Assembly (NCBI GenBank): GCA_039586365.1
Contig: JBDHKN010000010.1
Span: 1 to 64,000 of the forward strand
Source of the DNA: Gemmatimonadota bacterium
Lineage (GTDB): Bacteria > Gemmatimonadota > Gemmatimonadetes > Gemmatimonadales > GWC2-71-9
Direction: 5' to 3'
DNA length: 64,000 bases
Part shown: piece by piece, positions 50,390 through 59,761 of the stretch
Position numbering within the stretch: position 1 is the stretch's first letter
Layout: each line of letters starts with the position of its first letter
The notes under the pieces: generated by a model
Told to the model about the DNA's origin: nothing
What the model saw: the letters and a program-made list of their open reading frames with translations, nothing else
Databases searched by the model: none
Translations under genes and position numbers: made by a program

Positions 50390-50714
50390 CGTGACCTCCC
50401 GACAGTCAGTTTGGGGGATGCCGGTGATGCGGTTCGGCGTGAGGGCGTGCAGGCCCATAGTATTGGTCCGTCGCCGTCGGATCAACTCCATCCCTTGACT
50501 GGGTACTTCTTACTGCTGTTAGACTGAGCTCATCGTCTGTCATTAGGGCGTCCTGCCGTTGTCGGCTAAGACCCATGAACACCGACCGCGACGGTAGTCC
50601 CGGTCAGCGGTGCCGCATGGGTCAGCACTCGTGACAAGAGTGAGGCACGGGCGCAGATTACGAAATGATGCTGGTCTGCGTCGATCGCAGCCTGGGCACG
50701 GAGCGTGTGGCGTA

Positions 50715-52802
50715 GTGCTCTCGACTCGGGTTGCCGCTCTGGCAGGTTGGATCGTGGTGCTCTGCGTGGCCGCAGCCGTCACGGCCACACGACTCAAGGT
50801 GCAGAATCCACGCGGCCTGTGGTCCGTCTCACCGGACCCACCGGCACACCAATACTGGACCTTCGCGCAGCAACAGTTCGGCGACCGCGACGTTCTCCTG
50901 GTGGGAGTTGCCCTACCGGCTGCTGCCGCATCGGCTCTCGAAACGACTGCCGTCGCGCTGCAACATTGGATTCGGGACCAGCCGGAGGTAGCTCAGGTGC
51001 TCGGCATAGAGCAGGTGCAGGCTGTGCAGCGCCGGTTGGGGCCGTTCGGGGGACGGTTGCTGTCGGGGCTGCGGGAGGCGGTGATAGGTCGGGACGGGAC
51101 CACGGCAATGACGTACGTGATTCTGCGCCCACCCACAACCGTGGGAAGTCTGGACGTCCAGGCGTCCTTTGTTGACCGGCTCCGCGGCGAGGCGCCTGGG
51201 CTGCTCCCGACAGGGTACGAGCTGCACGTGGCGGGTCAGCCGGCGATCGACGTTTCGCTGGATCGGCTGTTGCGTGATGACTTCGCTAGGACCGTGCCGC
51301 TTGCCCTAGCTGCGCTGGGACTGGTTCTCGTGCTGCTGATCGGGCGAGAAGGTGTGGCTGCCGTTGTCGCCATGGCCGCGGGGATCGTTGTGCTCCTCGC
51401 GGGGCTGGCCCTGACGCATGTTCCGGTGTCCAGTGCGACGGCGGTAGCTCTTCCTCTTACGGTGGTGGTCGGTATCTCCTATGCTGCCCACGTTGGCCTC
51501 GCTGTCGCGCGGGCGGACGGTGACAGGGCTGCAGTGAAGGAGATCCGGATACCGCTCACGTGGTCGTATGTGACAACGGTGGTGGCAGTGGGAAGTTTCG
51601 TGCTCTCGCCGATTCGGGCACTGCGTTTCTTCGCCGCAGCCTCCGCAGCCGGTCTGTCCATTGCGTTCCTGTCAGCTCTGAGCCTCACCCCTCTCGTTCG
51701 CTTGCGCGGGTCCCGGAGCGGCGCACGACGTGCCCGCCGTCGCCTGACTCGGTTGGGGGTTGCGATCTACCGTGCCGCCGCGAGACGTCAGCGGGTCACG
51801 GTTGGGATCTGGCTCGGTGTGATGATCGTTATCTCGGTGGGCGTCCTGCGCCTTCGATTGGAGTCCAACAGCTACCTTGGCTTCTTTCCCGAAGATCACC
51901 CCATAGCCCGCGCATACCGCGCCGTTGATGCAGCCTTTGGTGGCAGTGTGCCGCTTCATGTCTTGGCGCGCGTGGATTCCGGGTCCGCGTTCCAACAGGA
52001 ACGCGCACGCAGCCGGATTGCGGAGTTCCTCCGTAGTGCAGCTGAGCAACTCGACCTCGGACCCGTGCTGCAGCCGCCTCCGCCGAGGACACTCGGGAGC
52101 GACGAGCATACGCAAGACCTGATGGCTCGCTGGTTTCAGGGTGAGGACGTGCGCTACACCCGCGCCATCTTTACGATACCGATCATGTCGACGCCCGAAG
52201 CCGTTCGGACCATCAACAGTCTGGACAGTCTGGCCCGAGAGCATTCCGACGAAGCAGTGAGCTTGAGTGTGACCGGCTTGCTGCCCGCGTCGATCCCCAT
52301 GCAGCAGATGCTGGTCGGCCTGATGATCAGGTCCCTGGCTCTCCTTGGGGCATTCGTATTCGTCGCGTTTGTCCTTGCCGCCCGGTCGCTCCGCGGGGGA
52401 CTAACCCTCTTGGCGCCCAATCTGATCGCGGTGTTGGCAGTAGTAGGAGTCATGGGATACGTCGGCATCCCTATCGACTTCACGACGGTCAGTGTCACAT
52501 CGCTGGTCCTGGGAGTGGCAGTCGATGACACCCTGCAGCTCACTTGGGCCGGGCGCGAAGCCGCAGGCGGTCGCCAGTACCTTGCAAGCCGTGCGGTGCG
52601 GCGGACTGCGGCCCCGGTGCTGCTTGGATCGATTGCCATGATTGTGGGTGCCGCGACACTCACGGCGTCGCAGTTCCCACCGACCAGTCAGCTCGGTGGC
52701 TTGCTCGCGCTGGGCCTCGCCGTGGCCCTGGCTGCAGATCTTACGCTAACGCCGCTCTTGATCGCCAGGTGGGCGGGGCGCCATCGAGTGGCCCCACGAT
52801 AG
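50715..52802 (+). CDS. MMPL/RND-superfamily exporter (start uncertain)
   Basis: Two repeats of (TM, periplasmic loop, TM bundle), with VAGQP, VGISYAAH, PNL, LGVAVDDT and S.FPP...G. Confidence 0.85.
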   Translation: MLSTRVAALAGWIVVLCVAAAVTATRLKVQNPRGLWSVSPDPPAHQYWTFAQQQFGDRDVLLVGVALPAAAASALETTAVALQHWIRDQPEVAQVLGIEQVQAVQRRLGPFGGRLLSGLREAVIGRDGTTAMTYVILRPPTTVGSLDVQASFVDRLRGEAPGLLPTGYELHVAGQPAIDVSLDRLLRDDFARTVPLALAALGLVLVLLIGREGVAAVVAMAAGIVVLLAGLALTHVPVSSATAVALPLTVVVGISYAAHVGLAVARADGDRAAVKEIRIPLTWSYVTTVVAVGSFVLSPIRALRFFAAASAAGLSIAFLSALSLTPLVRLRGSRSGARRARRRLTRLGVAIYRAAARRQRVTVGIWLGVMIVISVGVLRLRLESNSYLGFFPEDHPIARAYRAVDAAFGGSVPLHVLARVDSGSAFQQERARSRIAEFLRSAAEQLDLGPVLQPPPPRTLGSDEHTQDLMARWFQGEDVRYTRAIFTIPIMSTPEAVRTINSLDSLAREHSDEAVSLSVTGLLPASIPMQQMLVGLMIRSLALLGAFVFVAFVLAARSLRGGLTLLAPNLIAVLAVVGVMGYVGIPIDFTTVSVTSLVLGVAVDDTLQLTWAGREAAGGRQYLASRAVRRTAAPVLLGSIAMIVGAATLTASQFPPTSQLGGLLALGLAVALAADLTLTPLLIARWAGRHRVAPR

Positions 52803-52953
52803 GTCACCTCGGAAACGCTGCACACCTCCCATCCCAGGGGTCGGCCTCGGTTCCACAGCCGCCAAGCCGCGCCTACGACGCACCCCTCCTTGCGCGTTGA
52901 CGCTGTCTTGACGCCCCTGGGATAACGAGGTATTTGAACAGGAGCGGGAACGG

Positions 52954-53697
52954 ATGCACGTGGAGCAATCTGCTTCAGTATCCATCTGCTACGGCGGTGC
53001 AGCGAGGCCGCCGAGACCTGAGCCACTCTGGGAGTTCCTCTCCCCGTACGAGCTGAGCGGGCTGAGTGCCGTGCCGGCAAGGAAGAGGCGTGACTGGCTG
53101 TCGGGGCGTATTGCCTTGAAGCACGCTTACCTATCGCTCACGGGACAGCTGGCCGCAATGCCCCCGAGCCAGGTCGAAGTCCGAAACGGTCCTTCCGGGT
53201 CTCCCCATATCCCGAGTGCACCCGATTTACTCTGTTCGATAACCCACAGCCACGGCTGGGGTGCCGGTGCTGCGTCCACCGAGCCGGTCGGCGTGGACAT
53301 CGAGCCGCTCGGGCGACACGGCACTCGAACCTGCGAGCTGGTGGCGACCGGAGAGGAAGTCGAGCGTCTCAGGGAGGCCGGTGTGCGTCCGACTGCGATC
53401 GGTGGCACACTGTGGGCCATCAAGGAAGCGGTGCTCAAAGCCGTTGGGCTGGGACTGCGTGTCCCCGCCGCGCGAGCAAAGCTGGTCAGGCCGCAACGAG
53501 ACTCCTGGGAAGTGGTGCTCGCGCATCCCGGGTGCGTCACGAGCCGGTGGTCAGTCTGGACCGCCACTGTTGCCGGGTTCGCCCTGGCACTGGCCCGTCC
53601 CGCGCACTCCAATCGCGAGATCCACTGGAGAATGGCAATCTCATCGGACTGGGGCGAGGCCGGCTGGAGAGCGGGCGCATGGCGCGTGTCCTGGTAA
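52954..53697 (+). CDS. Sfp-type 4'-phosphopantetheinyl transferase
   Basis: WLSGRIALK, SITHS, VGVDIE and WAIKEAVLKAVGLGL. Confidence 0.9.
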   Translation: MHVEQSASVSICYGGAARPPRPEPLWEFLSPYELSGLSAVPARKRRDWLSGRIALKHAYLSLTGQLAAMPPSQVEVRNGPSGSPHIPSAPDLLCSITHSHGWGAGAASTEPVGVDIEPLGRHGTRTCELVATGEEVERLREAGVRPTAIGGTLWAIKEAVLKAVGLGLRVPAARAKLVRPQRDSWEVVLAHPGCVTSRWSVWTATVAGFALALARPAHSNREIHWRMAISSDWGEAGWRAGAWRVSW

Positions 53698-54668
53698 CCG
53701 GTGGCTCGGGTTTCGTCGGCCGTTCCCTCATCGAAGCACTGCTCGGTCAGGGACACCGTGTCTGGTGTGTGAGCCGGTCAAGGCCGATTGTGGATTCGCC
53801 GTCTGAGAACCTCGAATGGGTCCGGTCGGATCTGGGCAACGGGCGCACCTATGCGGAAACGATCGCCAGGGCCGATTGCATCTTCCACCTTGCGAGCTTG
53901 CTCATAGCCCGACGCAGATCAGAGTACATCAGCGTCAACGTTGCAGGAACGCAGGCTCTCCTCGACACGTGCCACCGCGCTGGCCAACACATCCGTCGCT
54001 TCGTGTACATGAGTAGCATCGCTGCCATGGGTCCGACCGACGACGGATCCCTACTCACAGAGTCTACTCCCTGTCGGCCCCGCACCCAATACGGGGCCAG
54101 CAAGCTCGCAGCTGAGCACATCGTGTGTGAGAACGCCGCGGAGTTCCCGGCGGTTATCCTGCGCCCAGCGTTCATCTACGGGCCACGAGACGTGCGGGGT
54201 GCAGTCTTCCTGCGTGAGCTGTTGGGTACCAGGCGGAGCCCGAGTCGGCTCACGATCAGAACGCTCAGCTTCTGTCATGTCTCCGACGTAGTCCGTGCCT
54301 GTCTCTGTGCGCTCGAATCCGAGAGCCCGGACGGGCGGGTGTATCTGATTGCGGAGCCGCAGTCGTACAAGTGGATTGAAGTGGACGAAATATTGGAGCG
54401 CTCACTGAGCAAGCTAGTGGTGAGTTGCGAGTCGTCTGAGGCGGAAATGGCGCGGCTTCTCTTGGATCGCGTACGAGCCGTGGCTAATGAGCATAGCAGC
54501 GCAATCGACGGTGAACACTGGGGATGCGACACGCACCGGGCAGCGAGCGAATTGGGATTCGAGGCGCATCGCTCCCTCGATGAGGCCGCGGGTGAGGTAA
54601 TTGAGTCCTATCTGAAAGATGGGCTTCTGCTGACGCCTGAGAAGGCCGGAGCAGGACCGGAGGTCTGA
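53679..54668 (+). CDS. NAD-dependent epimerase/dehydratase (extended SDR)
   Basis: VLVTGGSGFVG, IFHLA, NVAGT, SSIAA, YGASK and LRP..IYGPRD. Confidence 0.9.
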   Translation: MARVLVTGGSGFVGRSLIEALLGQGHRVWCVSRSRPIVDSPSENLEWVRSDLGNGRTYAETIARADCIFHLASLLIARRRSEYISVNVAGTQALLDTCHRAGQHIRRFVYMSSIAAMGPTDDGSLLTESTPCRPRTQYGASKLAAEHIVCENAAEFPAVILRPAFIYGPRDVRGAVFLRELLGTRRSPSRLTIRTLSFCHVSDVVRACLCALESESPDGRVYLIAEPQSYKWIEVDEILERSLSKLVVSCESSEAEMARLLLDRVRAVANEHSSAIDGEHWGCDTHRAASELGFEAHRSLDEAAGEVIESYLKDGLLLTPEKAGAGPEV

Positions 54669-54941
54669 ATGGTGATGCGGGTTGACGGACGACAGGCGAT
54701 CGCGAGTGATGTACGGTCGATCATCGTGACGAACTTCCTCCCGGGCGAATCCGAGGAGAATCTGCGGGACGACGATCTCCTGCTCGAGGGTGGGGTGATC
54801 GATTCGGGCAGTGTCATCACACTGGTGGGGTACCTGGAGCATCGATTCGATATCCAGGTTCGAGACGAGGACCTCGTTCCGGAGAATTTGGCTACGATTG
54901 ACAACATCGTCGACTTCATTGCTCGCAAGACGCTGGGCTGA
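54669..54941 (+). CDS. Acyl carrier protein
   Basis: Acidic 90-aa protein, LLEGGVIDSG (Ppant serine)..LE.RFDI..EDLVPENL.TI. Confidence 0.9.
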   Translation: MVMRVDGRQAIASDVRSIIVTNFLPGESEENLRDDDLLLEGGVIDSGSVITLVGYLEHRFDIQVRDEDLVPENLATIDNIVDFIARKTLG

Positions 54942-54956
54942 TGTAATGGATCTGCC

Positions 54957-56276
54957 ATGCGTATCCTGCTGATCGATCCGGTGACCACGGCCAAGATGGT
55001 GCCGGTTGGCGAGCGGCGCAAGCTGCGACAAGGTATCGGGTACCCTGGGCTCGGACTGCTGACGGTTGCCGCACTGACACCGCGTGAACACGAAGTTCGC
55101 GTAATCGACGAGTCGGTGGAGCCCATCCCGGACGACTTCGACCCCGACCTCGTGGGCATCTCTGTGCAGGCCCCGACGGCCCCGTACGCCTACGAGCTGG
55201 CTGCCGGTTTCCGAAACCGTGGCGTCCCGGTCGTGCTCGGTGGGATTCACGTGTCACTCAATCCAGCAGAGGCACACGGTCACGCGGACGCCATCGTGAT
55301 CGGAGAGGCGGAACTCACCTGGCAGCAGCTGCTCGAGGACCTCCGTGGTGGTGCTCTCAGAGCCGAGTACCCTGCCACTGGCCTGGCCGACGTAGATGCC
55401 TCGCCGATTCCACGGCGCGACTTGTTGCGCCACGGAGATTATCAGATCCCACATGTCGTCCAGGCGAGCAAGGGGTGCCCCTTCGGCTGTGAGTTCTGCT
55501 CGCTCTATTCGTACTTGGGGCATACACCTCGGTTCCGGCGGATTAGTCGAGTGATCGAGGAGATTCGGGGGATACCGGGCGACGCCATTCTGTTCGCCGA
55601 TGACAACATCTACGCGCGCAAGCAATACGCTTGGGATCTCTTCCGGGCCCTTGAGACTGTCGAGAAACGGTGGATAGCGGAGTCGACCTGGCACATCGCG
55701 TTCGACGCTGAGGCTCTGACGCGCGCTAAGGAGAGCGGGTGTGCCGGTCTGTTCGTCGGGTTCGACTCGATCAACCTCCAGCCGAACATCCGCAAGGTGC
55801 CGCGTTCCGGAAGTGTCGAGGAGACATATGTGGAGGCTATGCAGAGGATTCTCGACCAACGTATAGCGGTTGTGGCGGCCTTCGTGTTCGGACTCGACAG
55901 CGATGACCCGAGCGTGTTCGAGCGGTCGTTCGAAGTCGTGCGGCAGGGCGGAGCGAATCTGGTCAACTTCAGCGTCCTGGTCCCGTACCCGGGCACTCCG
56001 GTCTTCCACCGCCTGAAACGGGAAGATCGGATCACTGAGTGGGACTGGGCGAAATACGTAAGCCCGAGTGTGTGCTTCGAGCCGAAGCAGATGACGGCCG
56101 AGCAGCTCTCTGATGGTACTCGCTGGGCTCAACAGCAGTTCTACTCGCTCGCTCACGTTGTCAGAAACGCCGTTCGGGCGAGCCTGCAACTCGGCTGGGG
56201 TATGGGGCTGCTGTCCCTGAGACTCAACTGGGCTCAGCGCTGTAACTGGGGGCAAGGCAGTGCACGGCACGACTGA
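54957..56276 (+). CDS. B12-binding radical SAM protein
   Basis: N-terminal cobalamin-binding domain (GLLTVAALTP, DLVGIS, VVLGGIH, GEAE), KGCPFGCEFC, FADDN and PYPGT. Confidence 0.92.
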   Translation: MRILLIDPVTTAKMVPVGERRKLRQGIGYPGLGLLTVAALTPREHEVRVIDESVEPIPDDFDPDLVGISVQAPTAPYAYELAAGFRNRGVPVVLGGIHVSLNPAEAHGHADAIVIGEAELTWQQLLEDLRGGALRAEYPATGLADVDASPIPRRDLLRHGDYQIPHVVQASKGCPFGCEFCSLYSYLGHTPRFRRISRVIEEIRGIPGDAILFADDNIYARKQYAWDLFRALETVEKRWIAESTWHIAFDAEALTRAKESGCAGLFVGFDSINLQPNIRKVPRSGSVEETYVEAMQRILDQRIAVVAAFVFGLDSDDPSVFERSFEVVRQGGANLVNFSVLVPYPGTPVFHRLKREDRITEWDWAKYVSPSVCFEPKQMTAEQLSDGTRWAQQQFYSLAHVVRNAVRASLQLGWGMGLLSLRLNWAQRCNWGQGSARHD

Positions 56277-57318
56277 CTCGAACGACGGGATCCGGTGTCT
56301 AGTCTGGGACCTGGACAACACGCTGTGGAGCGGGACTATCCTGGAGGCGGACCGCTGCAGGCTGCGCCCTGGTGTGCGGCGGGTGCTCGCCGAACTGGAC
56401 CGGCGCGGGATCCTGCTCTCAATCGCGAGTGCGAATGATCCGGACACGGCACTCACGACACTGCGGCGTAAGGGCCTCGCCGGTTACTTCCTCCACCCGC
56501 AGGTGGGATGGCACAGCAAGGTCTGGAGCATACAGCAGATCGCCGACAAGCTGGGCGTCGGGCTCGACACGATCGGGTTCATTGATGATGAGCCATTCGA
56601 GCGAGAGCAGGTGTGCCACCTTCTTCCGGGGGTCCGCACCTACGCCGCCGGAGCGTCCCGCTCGCTGCTGGAACTGCCGGAATTCAAACCACCGATCCTG
56701 ACGCACGAATCGAGAGAGCGACGGCACAAGTACCTGCAGGCGGTAGAGCGGGAGGCCGCTGCCGAGTCGAGTCACATGAGCCGTCAGGAGTTTCTCGACT
56801 ACTGCCGCACCACGCTCACGCTGCGGGCGGCAGTGCCGGACGACTTGCCTCGTATCGTCGAGTTGATGCGGCGGACGCACAAGCTGAACTCGACCGGCGT
56901 CGTGTACGGTGAGGACGAGGTTGCTGTGTGGCTGAGCGCTGGGACGCGGCGCGTCCATGTTGCTCAACTGGCAGACCGGTTCGTGGATTACGGGCGAGTA
57001 GGCGTCGCGGTCAGCCGGACTACATCCGACTCCTGGGAGCTGACGGATTTCCTGATGTCATGCCGCGTGCTGGCACGGGGCATCACGGGGTACTTCATCG
57101 CCTGGCTGGGTGGGGAGGCTTGCCGTGCAGGTGCGTCGCGAATCAGTTCCCGTTACCGACCGAGCGGTCGCAACCACAGGCTGGAAACGCTCTACAAGCT
57201 TGCCGGATTCAAGCCCAAGAAACGGTACCGGGACGGGGCTGTCCTTTATGAGAAGCGAACCAGCGAGGCGCCACCCCCTCCGAGTTGGCTGACCGTGAAG
57301 CAAGGGAGCGAACCGTGA
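56260..57318 (+). CDS. fkbH: FkbH-like HAD-IIIC glyceryl transferase/phosphatase
   Basis: VWDLDNTLW.G, SIAS.N, FIDD.PFER, RT..LN.TG, DRF.DYG and LMSCRV. Confidence 0.92.
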   Translation: MHGTTDSNDGIRCLVWDLDNTLWSGTILEADRCRLRPGVRRVLAELDRRGILLSIASANDPDTALTTLRRKGLAGYFLHPQVGWHSKVWSIQQIADKLGVGLDTIGFIDDEPFEREQVCHLLPGVRTYAAGASRSLLELPEFKPPILTHESRERRHKYLQAVEREAAAESSHMSRQEFLDYCRTTLTLRAAVPDDLPRIVELMRRTHKLNSTGVVYGEDEVAVWLSAGTRRVHVAQLADRFVDYGRVGVAVSRTTSDSWELTDFLMSCRVLARGITGYFIAWLGGEACRAGASRISSRYRPSGRNHRLETLYKLAGFKPKKRYRDGAVLYEKRTSEAPPPPSWLTVKQGSEP

Positions 57319-58829
57319 AGCCGCTCAGCATCCTGTTGTTGGACGTCAACAACGTGACACTCGATACAACCGTCGACATGGTTGAGTACCCGATCGGACT
57401 GCTCTACGTCGGAACCGTACTAAAGCAGGCATACGGTGACCGCCTGGACGTGCGAATCGAATCGTACGATCACAAGCCGCACGGTCTGGAGAAGGTCGCA
57501 GACCTCTTGACCGCCCACACGCCGGACGTTCTGGGTCTCAGAAGTCTCACAATGGGGCGCCAACCGCTGCATCAGATCGCCGAGCTGGCGAAGTCGCAGT
57601 TTGGGGTGCGAATGGTGTTCGCGGGCGGACCGCACGCCTCGGATGACCCTGGGGACGTTGTGGCGAATGCCGCGTTCGATGGAGCGGTGGTTGGCGAGGG
57701 CGAGGCGACGGCAGTGGAACTGATCGGTCGCATCCTCGAGCGGCGGCCCATCGACGGTATCGACGGTGTCGCTGTGAACCGCAATGGACGGATGTCCTTC
57801 ACGCCGCGTGCGGTGATGGAAAACCTCGACGAGCTTCCGGTACCGGACTACGAGATGGTGGATTTCCTGGGGATCAATAGGGGCCACGTAGATTTCTCAT
57901 TCCGCCTGAACACGCCGCACGCCAACCTGTTCACATCACGTGGGTGTCCGTACCGCTGTCTGTACTGCCATCAGGTCTTCGGCAAACGCATGCGGGCGCA
58001 CTCCGCGGAACGTACCTTGGCGGAAGTGAAGATGCTGCACGACCGCTATGGCATCACGCACTTCCAGATCATCGACGACATCTTCAATCTCGACCGTGCT
58101 CGCGCTATGAAGTTCTTCGACCTCGTGGTGCGCGAAGGCCTGAAGCTCGTATTCTCATTCCCCAACGGTCTTCGTGGTGACCGGGTAGACCGAGAGATGG
58201 TGGACGCTATGTGGGAAGCCGGTGTGCGGTACATATCGTACGCCGTGGAAACCGGCTCGCCGAGGCTTCAGAAACTCATTCGCAAGAACATGAAGCTGGA
58301 CCGTATTCGCGACGCCATAGATATGAGCGCCGCGAAGGGGATCGTGGCGAAGGGCTTCTTCATGATCGGGTTCCCGACGGAAACTGAGGAAGAGGCTCTG
58401 ATGACCGTGGAATTTGCGAAGCAGAGTGATCTCGTCCAGGCGATGTTCTTCACCGTGGTCTACTTCCCGGGTGCGCCGCTCTACAGGCTTGCCGAAACGG
58501 TATGCGACATGTCGCAGTACCAGTTGGGCCTTGAGAACGACTACGTGACGATCCGCGACGGGCCGTATTCGTTTTCGCACGAGACACTTGAGGAGATCAA
58601 ACTCAAAGCCGTGCGGGAGTTCTTCTTCTCACCCAAGAGGGTGAAGCTGGCAATGGACATACTGCCCAACTTCTTCCTTCAGCGAGACATAGACGCGGCC
58701 TTTCTGGTCAATATCATCAGCGGAAAGATGACTGAGGACGCCATAGAAGATGCGGAGACCCGCTCGAAACTGCACCGCTACTTCCTGGTTGCCGAGCGGT
58801 TTTCCCAGAAGGAAGGGTTCTTTGTGTGA
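57315..58829 (+). CDS. B12-binding radical SAM protein
   Basis: PIGLLYV, GGPHAS, GEGE, TSRGCPYRCLYC, IDDIFN, NGLRGD and FFMIGFPTET. Confidence 0.92.
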   Translation: MKPLSILLLDVNNVTLDTTVDMVEYPIGLLYVGTVLKQAYGDRLDVRIESYDHKPHGLEKVADLLTAHTPDVLGLRSLTMGRQPLHQIAELAKSQFGVRMVFAGGPHASDDPGDVVANAAFDGAVVGEGEATAVELIGRILERRPIDGIDGVAVNRNGRMSFTPRAVMENLDELPVPDYEMVDFLGINRGHVDFSFRLNTPHANLFTSRGCPYRCLYCHQVFGKRMRAHSAERTLAEVKMLHDRYGITHFQIIDDIFNLDRARAMKFFDLVVREGLKLVFSFPNGLRGDRVDREMVDAMWEAGVRYISYAVETGSPRLQKLIRKNMKLDRIRDAIDMSAAKGIVAKGFFMIGFPTETEEEALMTVEFAKQSDLVQAMFFTVVYFPGAPLYRLAETVCDMSQYQLGLENDYVTIRDGPYSFSHETLEEIKLKAVREFFFSPKRVKLAMDILPNFFLQRDIDAAFLVNIISGKMTEDAIEDAETRSKLHRYFLVAERFSQKEGFFV

Positions 58830-59755
58830 CGGCGCGAGATGAGTCGGGCCACGCTGTGAATTACGGAGCTGTGGCGGAACACTACCGGCGGTGGCCGTTT
58901 CCGGCGGTGGAGCATCGGAGTCGCGAGGGCCTGATCTTACTGAGGACTGTCGGGCGCTGGCTGAAGGCCGTGCGGGACGCGCCACGTGTCGTGGATGTGG
59001 GTTGCGGCACCGGTCACACGCTGATCGCGCTCGCCCGGCAGTTTCCCGATGTGGAGTTCACTGGCATTGACGTGGTTGAGGAGGCTGTACGGGCGGCTGG
59101 CAGTCGGGTGGCGGATGAGGGGCTCCGCAACGTGCGCCTGGTCCGGGCGGACCTGACGCGGCCGGTGGAGGATGTCGGGAGGTTCGATGTGGTACTCTGC
59201 CTGGGGGTGCTCCACCATCTCCCCGACCTGCGACAGGGATTCCAGCACGCCAGCTCACTGCTCCGTCAGGGCGGACACATTGTGCTGTGGTTGTACGGTC
59301 GCTATGGCCGAGAGCGGCACCGGCTAAACCAGGAACTGCTGCGCTTGCTGGGAGCTGATCTGCCGGATGGCGAGCGCTTGGGCCTGGCGCGGGCGTTCCT
59401 GGAGGATCTCGGTGCGTCCCACATGCTGGACACGGGCTTCTACACGCCGTACGGTTCCGGATCGGAAGGGTTGGCCTGGATGCAGGAGCATCCGGAGTGG
59501 CTGGCCGACCAGATGATCCCCCCCGTAGAAGAAAGTGTCACGTTGTCGGAGATCCTTGCGTTGCTCGAGGACGGTGACCTGGAGCTGGAGCGGTGGCTGG
59601 GAGTCGATCTCGACCCGCAGGCGCATACATCTCAGCCGCTGCTGCTTGAGCGGATGCGACGACTGCCGGACGTGAGGCGGCTGCTGGCGATCGATCTTCT
59701 GCTCAAGCCCGCGTACTACTTCGTGACCGGGGCGCGGCGTGACCGGACCGGGTAG
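58826..59755 (+). CDS. Class I SAM-dependent methyltransferase
   Basis: VVDVGCGTG, FTGID, FDVVLCLGVLHHL and LWLYGRYGR. Confidence 0.9.
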   Translation: MTARDESGHAVNYGAVAEHYRRWPFPAVEHRSREGLILLRTVGRWLKAVRDAPRVVDVGCGTGHTLIALARQFPDVEFTGIDVVEEAVRAAGSRVADEGLRNVRLVRADLTRPVEDVGRFDVVLCLGVLHHLPDLRQGFQHASSLLRQGGHIVLWLYGRYGRERHRLNQELLRLLGADLPDGERLGLARAFLEDLGASHMLDTGFYTPYGSGSEGLAWMQEHPEWLADQMIPPVEESVTLSEILALLEDGDLELERWLGVDLDPQAHTSQPLLLERMRRLPDVRRLLAIDLLLKPAYYFVTGARRDRTG

Positions 59756-59761
59756 GGTGCA

